64,000 nucleotides of DNA from Octopus vulgaris (Eukaryota): assembly GCA_951406725.2 (NCBI GenBank), contig OX597816.1, positions 108,066,001-108,130,000 of the forward strand, given 5' to 3'. The notes beneath the pieces are model-generated. The model did not search any database, was not told where the DNA came from, and worked only from the letters and a program-made list of their open reading frames with translations. The position numbers and the translations under genes are program-made. Positions 1 through 12,070 of the stretch are shown here, piece after piece (within the stretch, counting starts at the first letter, position 1; every line of letters starts with the position of its first letter).

Positions 1-263
1 CCGCTATCACTATTTCAATCCTGTTGGTAGTTATAAATAACGTTCTATAGATCACTGTCCTTTTCTTTGTCTTCCCAATTACTTCCCTGGGCGGGGTCAG
101 CCTCAGGCTGTCTCCTTCCTTCACTGTCAGTTCGTTGAATTTCTTTAAATTCGTCTTATCAAGTTGTATCTCTCTTACTTGTAAAATATCCGCAGTCAGA
201 CTTTTTCCAGTTACTGCTGGAACTGGTCGACTCTATAACTTCGTTAGCAACAACTTCACCCAT
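1..263 (-). pseudogene. N-terminal part of L1/Tx1-type LINE ORF1 (copy A), runs off the window edge
   Basis: Minus-strand translation VREIQLDKTNLKKFNELTVKEGDSLRLTPPREVIGKTKKRTVIYRTLFITTNRIE aligns with KEGSNIKMTLPEEGKAKMKKKTVIYRTFSNESRRIE in ORF 1723..2139. ATG at 263, frameshift near the start. Confidence 0.7.
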
Positions 264-1006
264 AAGTGAGGAAGAAAACAAAAAAATAACAGGTAACTAA
301 AAATAAATCAGCAATTCGATAATTCAACAATTAGGTACGACAGACATTCAGCAATGATGCAACAAGCGACTTACATGAAGCGACTAACAGCAAATTACAA
401 CAGGGAATCAAACGAGTCGACATCAAAGTGACTAACTGCGAGGCTTGCTAGCTTAATTCTTTATTACTGGCTCAAGGCCTAAACGCAGAGGCGACATACG
501 ACATGCGGGAACAAAATCCACATAAACGGATGAATGTGAAATGAATTAAATTACAATAAAAATAAGACGACTATCTCGCTCCCGCTCTGAGATGAAACCT
601 TGCATTCCTTTTTCCTTTAAACCTTTATATTTAACATAACAATTTCCAGCCCCGTTCGGAGGCGAAACCGCGACTTTCCTTTTCGTTTTGACCTTACAAT
701 TTAAAAACTTTTTAAACAAATGTTCATACACGATTTCCTTTTTTTTTTTTCCTTTTTTTTTTAAACCAAAAAGTTTAACCCATTTTTTTACACAGTTTTC
801 AGTTTCTAAATTAAATCACGACTTAACACTTCTTTTCGTTCACATATTTCTCCACCGAGGCGCGAAGTTCAAAATCCATCTCCGGCCTCAGTGGGTTCAA
901 TCTCTCACAATGTCTTTCAATTTTGAAATTTTTCAAGTTTGGGGTGTTCTATATTTCATTATAAATTTTCTTTTGTTTGTGTTTTGCATGTTGTCGCTTT
1001 TTGTCT

Positions 1007-2197
1007 CTATATTTCTGCAGTTCTTGCCTTTCGTGTGATTGTATCTGCGTGTCTGTGTGTTCGTGTAATTTGTGTGTCTGTGTGTTTGTTTGACTGTAAT
1101 TCTACGTGTTTCATCTGTGTGTCTATGTCTTTAGTTTTCCTTAACTCTGGGTTTTCTTGTTCCTGTTCGTTATTACTTGTGTGCTTTTGCAATTCTACGT
1201 GTTTGAGAGTCTGCTGGTCTGACTGACTCTGTACATGTAAGTCCTATACTGGTGATCCTACTGGTAAATATTCTATGTTTCTTGTAGTGGGTTGGGTTTC
1301 CTCTTCCATTGCTTTGTACTTTTTCAATTCCACTATCGTCGGTGACTTCCTTCTCTCTCTTTTTTCTGGCTTTCACCTCCGCAAAGTTTCCGTCATATTC
1401 TGTTTTCTGTTTCTGCTTTTTTTTACCATTATATCCCCCTGAATACTCTCCTCTACCATTTCCACTGTTGCTCTAGGGCATTTCTGTCTCAAGTGCCCTC
1501 TTTCACCACATTCGTAACACTTTAGGGGGCGGGTCCCCTCCAACATTATCTCCAGCCTTGCTTCATTTGGTAGCTCTAAAGTTCAGGTACTTCGTTGTAA
1601 TATTTCGGGCTCATTGCACAAATTATCTCTAATCCGTAACCCACCACTTCACTTGTGTTCGGCTTACCATGCCAATCCCCGCTTTCCTTCCTCAGCTCCG
1701 AATTAAAAATTGAGACTATTATTCACTCTGGGTCTATCGACGGTGGGATTCTTCCCACCCTAATTCTAACAATTCTTTTGTCCAAGCAGTTAGACATCGG
1801 AGTCCATTTTTCTCCCTGTATCAGCTTGTTGGCGGGTTTTTTCGCCTCCTCTTCTGATAAAAAGGTTACTTCTATCGACGCATATATCCTTCCTCTTGTA
1901 AAGAACGTTATGCTGTCTCCTATTTGTTCTTCCAAGATTTCTTCTATCTCTTCCTGCGGCGCGTATTCAATTCTTCGGCTTTCATTCGAAAATGTTCTAT
2001 ATATGACCGTCTTCTTTTTCATTTTCGCTTTTCCCTCCTCTGGCAGGGTCATTTTTATATTTGACCCTTCCTTCTCTACCATACCATAATATTTGTTTAT
2101 AAGCTCCTCATTCCACTGTATCATCTCCGGTTTCAGCACACGTGGGTCTAGGGGAACTCGACCTCCAGTAGCCTCTGCATACCTTATTTTACTCAGT
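1007..2197 (-). pseudogene. L1/Tx1-type LINE ORF1 (gag-like, CCHC zinc knuckle), copy B, disrupted
   Basis: YAEA N-terminal motif and RRM-like segment (ORF 1723..2139, ...VRIRVGRIPPSI). CYECGERGHLRQKC (C-x2-C-x4-H-x4-C) at ~1478-1519, followed by a low-complexity tail. Stops and frameshifts present. Confidence 0.75.
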
Positions 2198-2311
2198 TAT
2201 TCACTACCACACAACAATGGCAGTTTCGCACAAAAAATCGGCTAGACTTCTTAAAAAAACAACAAAAAGGCGTGGTTTGGTAGCTTTCGATGCCTACTCG
2301 CTTTTAAAAAC

Positions 2312-2591
2312 ATATATATTTCAAGTGAAAAACATTCACTGATTTCGAAAATAGAAATATTACATTTCTAAATCTCTCACAGAGATTTATACAGTAGCAG
2401 CACCATAAAGTGATGGCATGTTGTCAACTTAATGTGACAGTAGCATTCTTCCCTTTCATGGGACTGTCATATTAAGTTGACAACATGGCATCACTTTATT
2501 GTTCTGCTACTGTATAAATCTCTCAGAGAGATTTAGAAATGTAAATTTCTATTTTCGAAATCAGTGAATGTATTTCACTTGAAATATATAT
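2312..2591. mobile_element. Foldback/MITE-like palindrome, ~130-bp arms with 21-nt spacer
   Basis: 2312-2441 is the near-perfect reverse complement of 2463-2591. Both outer ends are ATATATAT. Confidence 0.85.
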
Positions 2592-2595
2592 ATTT

Positions 2596-4626
2596 CCAAA
2601 GGCGAATAGCCGTGGACAATAGCAAGTCAAGCCAATTTCCACGTGAGTAAGCAGTCCTTCAGGCTGGTAGTTGTCTACACTCCTAACGAGCGTGGGAAGT
2701 CTGGTTTTTTTTTCGAGACCTGGAGCACTTTCTAGTGACGTCAAAAACGGTAGTTCTAGTTGGGAACTTTAACACTATCCTCGATGCGCAGGTGGATAGT
2801 GTTGGCTCAACTGATAGGAAAGGGAATCCTAGCCTCAAGGGAGACTGGATGAACCGAGCGTACCACAGTGGACGTGGAGTAACAGCGACGGTTCACTCAG
2901 ATCGTACTTAGATAGGATATTCGTTAGTTAAAGAGCTAAGGATACTTTTAGTTGTCCACAGTTTCACGTTGTGCCTTACACGGATCACAAATTCGTAACG
3001 TGTGAGGTGCATTTAGATAAATGTCATTGACAGGGACCCAGGTACTGGAAGCTAAACAAGTCTATTTTGACTTGTGAAGACTTTCGTATCCAGATTAAGG
3101 TGTTAATACAGAGGGCATTATGTGACACCACCATTAATAATTCATGGTTCCATGCCCTCAAAAGTGCCATCCGTTTGGAGCCCATTAGATTTAGCAATCA
3201 GCTAAGTTTAGATAGGACTAGAATAGTGGGTGATTTAGTTAAGAACTAAGACGGGGTGATGGAATCTGGCTCTGCATCTAGAATGCTGCCGGCGAGAACG
3301 GTCTTGTACCGTCACCTCAACTCCAAGCACGAAGGTTGCAGAGTTAGAAGCTAAGCTACGTGCGGGGAAACGAGAGGGTGTTAACGTTGCCGGATGGTAC
3401 AGGTGTTTATTGCATCTGTAATCACTTATCGCCTGACCGTTGTCTCTTGCTTCGAATCGTGGTTAAACAAGTTGGAACGGCTCCTTTTCTGTTTTTTTGT
3501 GGAAGGGAGGAAAGCCACTTGTAAGGCTCTCCATTTGCTGCCAGGAACCTTTAAAGGGTGGGCTAGGGATGTCTTGGCTAATGATACGCAGACATGCGTT
3601 GAGGCTGAGATATCTTTGGTGCCACCTGGAAGGAAATAAGGTGCGGAGTCCGCTGGCAGAGGAATTCTTCCCGCGACCGGCCTCTATGGACAGATTTACA
3701 CCCGGGTTCATAAAAAGACGTAATCTGACTGTGTGGCAGAAGGAGTGCTGACAAGCATTCACGTTGATCAACAAGACTGGCAGCGGGAATAACACCTCGG
3801 TGTTCTATAGAGGGTTGGTAGAGGCTAAAAATGATGACGTCCTAGGAGGGGCTCTGGGGTTCGACGAGAACCAACTAACCAAACTGTTTAAAAAGAGTTT
3901 CAGGCCAGAGTATTTGGATAAGTTCCCAAACTCCCTGACCTGGCAGTGCTACAGGAACGCTTTACCTGTTTGCGATAAGTTATCTAGGCACGGAATGTCA
4001 ATGCCACCGATATGTCCAAGATGCGGGCCGGACGATGAAACCGTTCAGCACGCTTTTGTACAATGTCGGGAGTTTGTTAAGCTTGATAAATTATGTAAAA
4101 CACGTATTGTCGCATCTGGGACGAGTACAGTTGTCGGCTGTAAAGATGGTACCGCCAACTGGACTCTCAAACGAAGGTGAGGCAGTTTTTCACTGTACGG
4201 TTGCAGTATTGAAAGAGTGAGTATGGCGGACTAGAATGGAAGGGTCCTTCGTCTCTGGCCCCGGTTTGATAACCTACTTCAGATGTCATCTGAAGAGCAT
4301 GACGGGGTTGGAGAGGAAAACCCTACCGCAGAGCGTGTATGAGAAACGTTAGAAGGATGTGATGAGAAAGGCGGGTGTCAGTAACCCAGCTTAATCATCG
4401 ATGAAGGAAGTAAATATAGTTTCTGGGCCTTACAGGCTGCTGGGTATGTATTCTGAGCTTATTTTATTATATTTCAAAATTTAAAAACAGGATAGTCTAC
4501 AGTCAATTAAATTATATAAATTTATATTAACATTTTTAAGGTTCATTCGAAGTAAGATTAACATTTTTTCTAATTGTTTCGTCCTGTAATATCCCATCTA
4601 TGTAACGATTCAATAATCATAATAAA
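2596..4626 (+). mobile_element. L1/Tx1-clade LINE ORF2 remnant: APE endonuclease plus C-terminal zinc finger, RT core absent
   Basis: EN motifs FRLVVVYTPN, VVLVGNFN, WTWSNSDGSLRSYLDRIFV, YTDHK and GPRYWKLNKSIL. Then WKGGKPLV..CCQEPLKGGLGM and zf-RVT-type CPRCGPDDETVQHAFVQC. AATAAA at 4621. Confidence 0.9.
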
Positions 4627-4630
4627 AATG

Positions 4631-5290
4631 AAGCTAGCAAGCCAAGCCTTTTCTTCTGTGACACGTCGTTATCTTCAGTTTGCTACCCTGCGTTATGTGA
4701 GTCCGTTTCTGTCTGTTTCTTGTACATTTGTGTTATCTGTGAAATACCTTAACTGAATTTGAACTGTTGTCTTTTGACAAACAGTAATTTCTGTTAATTT
4801 TTATTGAAATATTTTTGTGAACAGTTTATTTTTTATCCTTTGCGGGTTATTTTTTCTGAAAAATTTTCTTGTCATTCGTGACAAGTTTTTTTAAAGAGTG
4901 TTGATATGGAATTTGACTTTTCGTCAAAAAAGGACTTTCCCTGAGATGGGAAAAGGAAATACAATCGTGAACCAGTGGGATACCAAGGAGAAACAGAGTT
5001 TTTCACCCACGACGGGCAATAACGTTACAGAAGTTGAAGTAACTATGGACCAGCTTTTCAAGTTTAGAAACCTAATTTTAAAAAAGTGGAGCGGATATCA
5101 AGTTGTTGCCGCCCCCGAGATAGTACAAGCCATTAATGCGAAAACAGTTATGTACCAAGTCTACAACATCAAAGAAAAACGTATAATGGAGGCAAAAAAT
5201 GAAGCAGTAGAAAAATGTAAGGCACCTTCTGGAATAAAGTACGCTACGTTAGCCGAGGAGCAAGAAGCCCCACAATTGAGGCACATTTCG
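4631..5290 (+). pseudogene. 5' UTR plus truncated Tx1-type ORF1 (copy C)
   Basis: ORF 4898..5305 segment PEIVQAINAKTVMYQVYNIKEKRIMEAKNEAVEK resembles PEEGKAKMKKKTVIYRTFSNESRRIEYAPQEEIEE of copy B. Confidence 0.6.
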
Positions 5291-5431
5291 AGTCGGCTAG
5301 CGTAGCTAAGGCGGTGTCTACACACACGTTGAAGAATGAAGAGATAATGCTGCTGTCCACTTACTTGAGTCGCAGGACCGCAAAAGTGACAGGGACGAGA
5401 CCCCTGTAGGGTATGAGGTAATGTGGATTGC

Positions 5432-5823
5432 AGGAGAACCCAGTCATGACTGTCAGGCAATTTCTGCGACCACATCACCCCTAATATTTGGCCACCTAAC
5501 TCCTCAGACTGCATCTACCTTGATTATTATGTGTGGGCGCAGTTGAGCGAAAGACCAGCAAAACTCCTTGTAATACCAAAGATGAGCTAAAAGCAAAGAT
5601 TACGGCAACATTCATCAACTTTAAAAGCAGACCTTCCAGAAGCGTTACAGGAGATTCTGACGTTGTCTAGAGGCTGTGGCTGAAGCCAATAGCAATTTTA
5701 GTAAATAAATTTACTCTTTGATATTTCAAGTTAATTTTATGTAATTTTGTTAAATAAAATGAGCTGTCGGTGTTATATTAATTTTTTGCATAAATTAGAT
5801 GACAACGTATCCACTGCACTGTT
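5432..5823 (+). mobile_element. Tc1/mariner (maT/DD37D-like) transposase C-terminal fragment
   Basis: Translation RRTQS*LSGNFCDHITPNIWPPNSSDCIYLDYYVW...NTKDELKAKI matches the WPPNSPDLNPLDY motif. Confidence 0.75.
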
Positions 5824-6092
5824 TATATACGTATCATATATATGTGTGTTTGTATATATGCATATATGTATATTCTGTGTGTGTGTGTGTGTGTGTGTGT
5901 AAGCTCTTTGTGTAGGTAGTAATTAACATGAGAATAAATTGTCAATAACATTGTAATAATAATTTACTTCTGAACCAGTCGGCTGTTAATCTGGAGTTTC
6001 CTGGGCGACCTGTTCAACAGACCTGACTGAATGAAGGATAATATATTAATGTTAATTACTATATTTAGATAGTAATTTATTTAGATAGTAAC

Positions 6093-6330
6093 TTGGCCTT
6101 AAGATTGCAGTAAATACCGGCCTAAAAATAGCGATATTCTAGACATAATTTAAATACAGTCAAGCAAGCCCATACAATTTACAGAATGTAGAAGCCATTT
6201 ATATTAATAATTGTTCTAATGGCCTAACTTCATAAAGTATATACTGGAGAATAGATAGGTGAATCTCCAATTTATCTTCAAACAATGACATATCTGACAA
6301 AAGATCTCCCTACTATAACACAGTAGTGAA
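6093..6330 (+). mobile_element. Decayed Penelope-like RT C-terminal fragment
   Basis: Frameshifted GLKIAVNTGLK..ILD...EAIYINNCSN...ISNLSSNNDISDKRSPYYN resembles the PLE RT thumb region. Confidence 0.55.
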
Positions 6331-6879
6331 GAAAGTCAATTAATTTTCTTCAGCTGCTGTAGTCTTATTCAGCATTATTCTGAAGGATAGAAAGAAAGAA
6401 TAACAGCTCATGATAGTGAAATGTACCTTGATAAATTCCTCCAAGAAACATCAAACAAATCACCGACATAAGGATACATACATACATACTAACGTACTAC
6501 ACTCATCACGTGATTGACAGATTCACCTTTTAATCTAGAGTATACAGAAGGCTGGCTCTATTGCTTTGTTGATATTACATTTCACATAATTAGTCTTTAG
6601 GGTTAGCTCTTGCACTGCTCATATTCGGACTTCACACTCAACTTCAATGCCCGATTTATCTTGGCTATGCATTAATTTTTCATCTATGTGGCTTATACTG
6701 TTTCCTTCTTAAAATCGTAATTCTTTTCAATGCAACTTTCACTTTGCAAAACGCAATGTTAGTTTGCCTGCATCAGCCAAAATCATGCATTGTATTTTAT
6801 ATCAAGACGGTTAATACCATTTATGCAGCTTGTTCACCTCTACCTCTAGGAAGAAAATTCTATTGACATCCCTTAAATT

Positions 6880-7290
6880 CAATGCATCATTCATAGGTAT
6901 TACCATTCATATTTTGATACATATTTTCTAAATGCTTTCTTCTCTACATTTAATAATCTCAACCCATCGTTATTGTGTATACTGAGTGAATCTTGTTTCT
7001 TCTAAATTTTATTTATTTACTTTATAAAACCAACTTCAGCCTCATAAACTTTTCATTTAGTTTTCCCTTGGTCTAATATGTTTGACATATGCCAAAATAT
7101 TTCAATGTCTCTCTTCATCTATCCCTCTGGTAACATTATTTTATCAGAAAACAAGCTTTTTCCCCGTAAAATCAACATGAAACTGTTCTTAATTGCGAAA
7201 ACAATACCCCAATTTTTTACTGAACATACGAACAGTGTTTACTAGTGCAACTATTTTATCTATGTTATTTCCTCATGTCTTAAAACAGTT
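6880..7290 (-). mobile_element. Possible highly decayed RTE-type LINE 3' fragment
   Basis: Minus-strand LKYFG..VK...VYEAEVG-like stretch resembles the RTE C-terminal LRWFGHV motif. Heavily frameshifted. Confidence 0.3.
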
Positions 7291-8093
7291 CATGACATAC
7301 GATTTTTTGTCTTTTAGTCAGTCAGAAAGACCCTTTACAGGACCTCTGAGACTGATGAAGTAGGAAGAGTGTATCCTTCAGTCAGAAATTTGGCCCCAGT
7401 GCTTGCAGCAGTTGACTCCGCTAAAGGATCCCACGCTGCCAGGTGAAGGTGTTAAACTTGGGGTCGGGTTACGCCTACAATCACACAGACCATGGCGGGA
7501 TTTGAAGTCAGAGCCGGATAAAATACTACTATGTTTTTAAAAATTTACCATTCCACCGCCTCGGATTGGTACATTTTATGGACTCGAATGTATAAAATAC
7601 AAAGTTGACTTTGACCACATTTGGATCTTCCTAAGTCACACCTAATACTTATTGGAGGTAGCTTGGACACAGCAAACAACAGTCGTAGTAAACGTAGATT
7701 CCGCTCTTTATTACAATCTCTTCCAGTATGTCTTCTGATGACGTATCTTCATACTTCTAGTATTTATGTTTCATTCAATAAAGTCAGCGACATTGTTTTC
7801 CTTCCTGAAGAAATTCATCTATTCTCTTACCAATGAATGAGGAAGTGAGTCATACGCTTTATTGTAATCGTATATTTCCTCTTACAATCCTTCAATATCA
7901 TCTCGTCTATTTAAAATCTGTTCAATAGTTTCTCTGCTGTTTCTACCATTACTACTATTTTCTTCAACTGTTTGAAGAAATCAGTACATGCTACTACAAT
8001 AATTCAACACAAAGTTTCCCACATCGCAGGAAAGCATCATATTAGGCAAACTTTATCAGTATCATCATCATCATCATCATCATTATGATTGTG

Positions 8094-8290
8094 GAGTGGC
8101 TAGCTGGTTCAATCGTTAGCGCGCCTGACAAATTGTTTAGCGGCATTACATTCCGAGTTTAAATTTTTCGGAAATCAACCTTGCCTTTCACTCTTGGGGT
8201 TGATAAAATAAGTATCAGCTGAGCACTGGGGTCGATCTGATCGACTTACCCCTCCCCTAAAATTGCTGGACTTGTGCCAAAATTTGAAAC
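8094..8290 (+). mobile_element. tRNA-derived SINE family A, diverged copy
   Basis: Similar to 10972-11200 (cgttagcgcgcc, ttgcctttca, gataaaataagta, ctggggtcgat). Confidence 0.8.
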
Positions 8291-8865
8291 ATTATTATTA
8301 TTACCATCATCATCATCATCATCATCATCATTATTATTATTATTGAATGAGAGAGCAGCGCATGCCTTAAAAATGAAACTGGGGTACAAATATACGAAGT
8401 CCAGCATACCCAAAATGATTAACCTCTGATAAGGGTACACGAAGCACATGCATCACAAACACAAGTGTGCGACACGGTGACCCCCATCTCAAATTAATCG
8501 GTGCATTACCTTGCAAGTGAGGCCAAGTTAGATTTTTTCTGGTCTAGCAGTCCATCCCGCCCAAAAGGTTCTTCAATAAAGGTTGTATGAGGATGATGAG
8601 TGAAACACCACTGTTTCCAATGGTAAATTATTCAAGCTCCTGCAATGGTCCTTTCTTGTGATCAGAGTTGCACATATCTTCAGCTACAAAGAGACATGCT
8701 CAAATGGTTATGGTCAAGCATCTGACAAGCATATCTGTGGTAATGAGTAGAACATTTGCTCTTGCCCAACTTGGTGTAACGCCAAGACAAAAATGTATAT
8801 GTTATAACTCCCAATGAGTTCAGATAAAAACATGAGAGCCACTGTTTGGTTCTGCATCAGGATAA

Positions 8866-8909
<44 letters not shown>

Positions 8910-8919
8910 CATCATCATA

Positions 8920-9535
8920 ATCTTCTTTCAATTCTGTTACCATTTCTTGCCGAGTGTCCTCCTGACACCTAGAGCAGACACCAAACCCCCTGTATACATT
9001 GGTAGGCCATTAAAATAACCATACCAGTTTGTTCATTTACGAAGTCATATGATAGAGAAAAATGAGAAGAAAGATATAGAGAAAAAGGAAAAATGAAAAC
9101 ATAAAAATAAAAAATGAATAAGTAAACAAAGAAAATAAAGGGGAGAAAAGGAAAGAAAATTCACGGCGACAATGCTCTTCTCAATACGTGTAACGTACCA
9201 GTTAAAACAATCTTTTGCACTTCCTGCATGGATGGTAAGCCGGCGATCATTCTTAAGTAATTTTCAGTTCCTTTTTTGATCATTCCAAGTGCTCCTACAA
9301 TCAGTAGTAGTTTAACCGTCTTGAGATGTCACAACTTTTCGATTTCAATTAACAAATCTTTATATTTTCTGAGCTTGTCAGATTCTTTTGCCGAGATATT
9401 ATAATCACAGGGTATGCTCATGTCAATCAACAAACAAACTTTATTGTTTTGGTCTTTTACAACAATATCTGGTTTATTTGCTTTTATGGTCCGATCTGTA
9501 CGTACTGGGAAATCCCAAAGAATCGTTACATTTTA
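8920..9535 (-). mobile_element. R4/Dong-like non-LTR retrotransposon 3' end (restriction-like endonuclease)
   Basis: Minus strand VTILWDFPVRTDRTIKANKPDIVVKD..CLLIDMSIPCDYNISAKESDKLRKYKDL..IVGALG. The 3' end abuts (TAA)n at ~8866-8910. Confidence 0.85.
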
Positions 9536-9740
9536 TTTTGCTGGGTATGATATAATGTGTGAGCTGTCCACAGCCAGCAGACTAAGGTGACATTTGTTTA
9601 CTGGTCATACTTCAAGAACCCTGTGAAAAATTCTTGCAATTCCAAGCAATGTAGATTTTTGTAGCTGTTATTATTATTATTATCTGTGGTATTGAGCAGA
9701 ATAATTGCCCATATTTTATACCAAGTCAAAACATGTACAT

Positions 9741-9857
9741 TTCTTCTTCTTCTTCTTCTTTTTCTTCTTCTTCTTCTTCTTCTTCTTCTTCTTCTTCTTC
9801 TTCTTCTTCTTCTTCTTCTTCTTCTTCTTCTTCTTCTTCTTCTTCTTCTTCGTCTTC

Positions 9858-9917
<60 letters not shown>
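9741..9917. repeat. Compound (CTT)n-(ATT)n microsatellite
   Basis: Directly visible. Explains the poly-R/K/S/L/F ORFs. Confidence 0.98.
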
Positions 9918-9918
<1 letters not shown>

Positions 9919-10971
9919 ATTGTAAAGTGGGGCTGGGATTGTCGTGCACGTGCTGCACAAAATATTTAGCGGCATTTCTTCTGGCTATACTTTCTAAGTT
10001 CAAATACCAACGGGGTTAGTTTTACTTTCCATCTCTTCGGGATTGGTAAAATAAAGAATCCGGAGTTGATGTTATCTATTAACCCCCTCTCCCTAAAATT
10101 TCAGGCCTTGTTTTATATAGCCTAATGGATTATTATCATTGTTTTTGTTGTTAAAAAAAAAAAACAGAAGTCCACATAAAACCCTTGTTTCTTTTCCATC
10201 TTAAGTAGTTTAAAATTATGGCATTAATTTTCTGAAGGTGACCGGGCAACTGCTGAGATAGTCCTTCTCACTTTATGAGCGCAGAGCAGGCTTTTATGTC
10301 CATTCAAAAAGTAATGTCTCGTAATATTTTGCTGAAATTTCCAAAATGTTTTTAGTGGAATTAGAGGAGTGTAGTGGGTGTAGAAGAAAATCTATCTCTA
10401 ATTTCGTCATTAAAGAAATACGGTAGCAAATCAATGATCCACCTGCGAGTAATGAATGTTATACTATAAAATCGAAAGAAATGTTGCACTGACTTATAAC
10501 GTATGAACGTCACTAACGATAACAACTACGACAGTAAAAAAAAATACAGGTAAAATTAGCAACAGTAACATACCACCCCAACTACAATAAATGTAACTAA
10601 GGAAACGACATGAAAATTAGCTTTTGTCGTCATCTTCAACAAATGGACCGAGACAACAACAAAAATTACACCAACGGTAACAACAACGAAGACAGTGCAT
10701 CAAGAGAGAGTAACATCAGTGAGAGCAACAACAGTAGTAACAATAACAACAACGAGAGCAAGAAAGCAAGAACAACTCATCCATCACCACGAATACAAAA
10801 AAAATACACGCCGTTTGTCAGTGTATTGGAGATATGTGCGAAGGACATATGCACGAAGCAATATGCGGTGTGAGAAAGCAAAGAAAGTATGCGGTGGTAG
10901 TTGAAGAAGAAATTTTTAAAAAGTGATACATGCATGCCGATAATTATCCATTCATATACTTGTATTTAGCA

Positions 10972-11200
10972 GGCGGCGGGCTGACAGAAACGTTAGCGCG
11001 CCGGGCGAAATGCTTAGCGGTATTTCGTCTGCCGCTACGTTCTGAGTTCAAATTCCGCCGAGGTCGACTTTGCCTTTCATCCTCTCGGGGTCGATAAATA
11101 AAGTACCAGTTTAGCACTGGGTCGATGTAATCGACTTAATCCCTTTGTCTGTCCTTGTTTGTCCCCTCTATTTTTAGCCCCTTGTGGGTATTAAAGAAAT
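10972..11200 (+). mobile_element. tRNA-derived SINE family A, full length with 16-bp TSD
   Basis: A-box-like head and B box GAGTTCAAATTCC. TSD ATATACTTGTATTTAG at 10954-10969 and 11201-11216. Many related copies in the window. Confidence 0.92.
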
Positions 11201-11297
11201 ATATACTTGTATTTAGGGAAATTACTATGTCAGGTGGCACTAAGAAATATATCACCTGAGATAAGCATGAATTGCTTTAGAATATTGTTGGAGGAGC

Positions 11298-11525
11298 TGG
11301 GGCGCGTGGCTTAGTGGTTAGGGTGTCAGCATCATGATCGTAAGATTGTGGTTTGGATTCCTGAGCAAAACACTTCATTTCACGTTGCTCCAGTCCACTC
11401 AGCTGGCAAAATTGAGTAACGCTCGATGGACTGGCGTCCTGTCCAGCTGGGGAACACATACGCCATAGAAACCGGGAAACCGAGCCCATGAGCCTGGCTA
11501 GGCTTTAAAAGGGCGCATTTATTTT
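11298..11525 (+). mobile_element. tRNA-derived SINE family C
   Basis: A box TGGCTTAGTGG, B-box-like GGTTTGGATTCC, body GAGCAAAACACTT..GCTCCAGTCCAC. TGTTGGAGG repeated on both flanks. Relatives at 44698 and 60770. Confidence 0.85.
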
Positions 11526-11789
11526 AATGTTGGAGGGGTATGAGAAGATCATTAATACGAAAACAACGTCTCACAGGCCTGTCTGATTAAAAACTAACGG
11601 TGCAGATGTTGTTCACATCAGGAAATATACAAGAGAACCCAATGCAAACCTAATAAGGGTTAAGTTAGTGTTAAAAGGTAGTAAGGAAGCTCTTTTACAG
11701 CCTACATAAGTAACTATTGTAATATCACCAGCAAAAACCGTAGAAATGATTGGGTGTGTGGTAAGAAGCGCGCGCGTGTGTGTGAACAT

Positions 11790-11990
11790 TTGTCCTCCAC
11801 CACCGCTTGACAACTAGTGCTGGTGTGTTTACATTCACGTAACTTAACAGTTCAGCAAAAAGTATCGATAGAATAAATATCAGACTTAAGGGAAAAATAA
11901 GTACTGGGGTCAATTCATTCGACTAAAAAAACTCCTGAAGGAGATTCCCTGATATGACCGTATCATGATGGCGCTGAAACAAGTAAAGGA
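11790..11990 (+). mobile_element. SINE family B, 3' half
   Basis: Matches 54590-54790 (gcttgacaac..gctggtgtgttta..gatagaataa..ctgaaacaagtaaa). Confidence 0.8.
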
Positions 11991-12030
11991 TAGGTAGATA
12001 GACAGATAGATAGATATACACACACGCATG

Positions 12031-12070
<40 letters not shown>

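Noticed and set aside
7340-7395. CTGATGAA...GAAA hammerhead-like words
   Set aside because: Extra bases separate the stem from GAAA, helices I and III do not form, and an alternative GACTGA/TCAGTC hairpin sequesters the core.
9598-10019. ORFs with poly-R/K/N/S/L tracts, and the many YI/YV/HT-repeat ORFs elsewhere
   Set aside because: Stop-free read-through of microsatellites, not genes.
10610-10873. 87-aa Asn/Ser-rich ORF
   Set aside because: Explained by degenerate (AAC)n repeats. No domain or splice support.
10972-11060. tRNA genes at A/B-box-containing heads (also 11298 and 54382)
   Set aside because: The heads continue into repeated SINE bodies with tails and TSDs, and no complete cloverleaf is evident.
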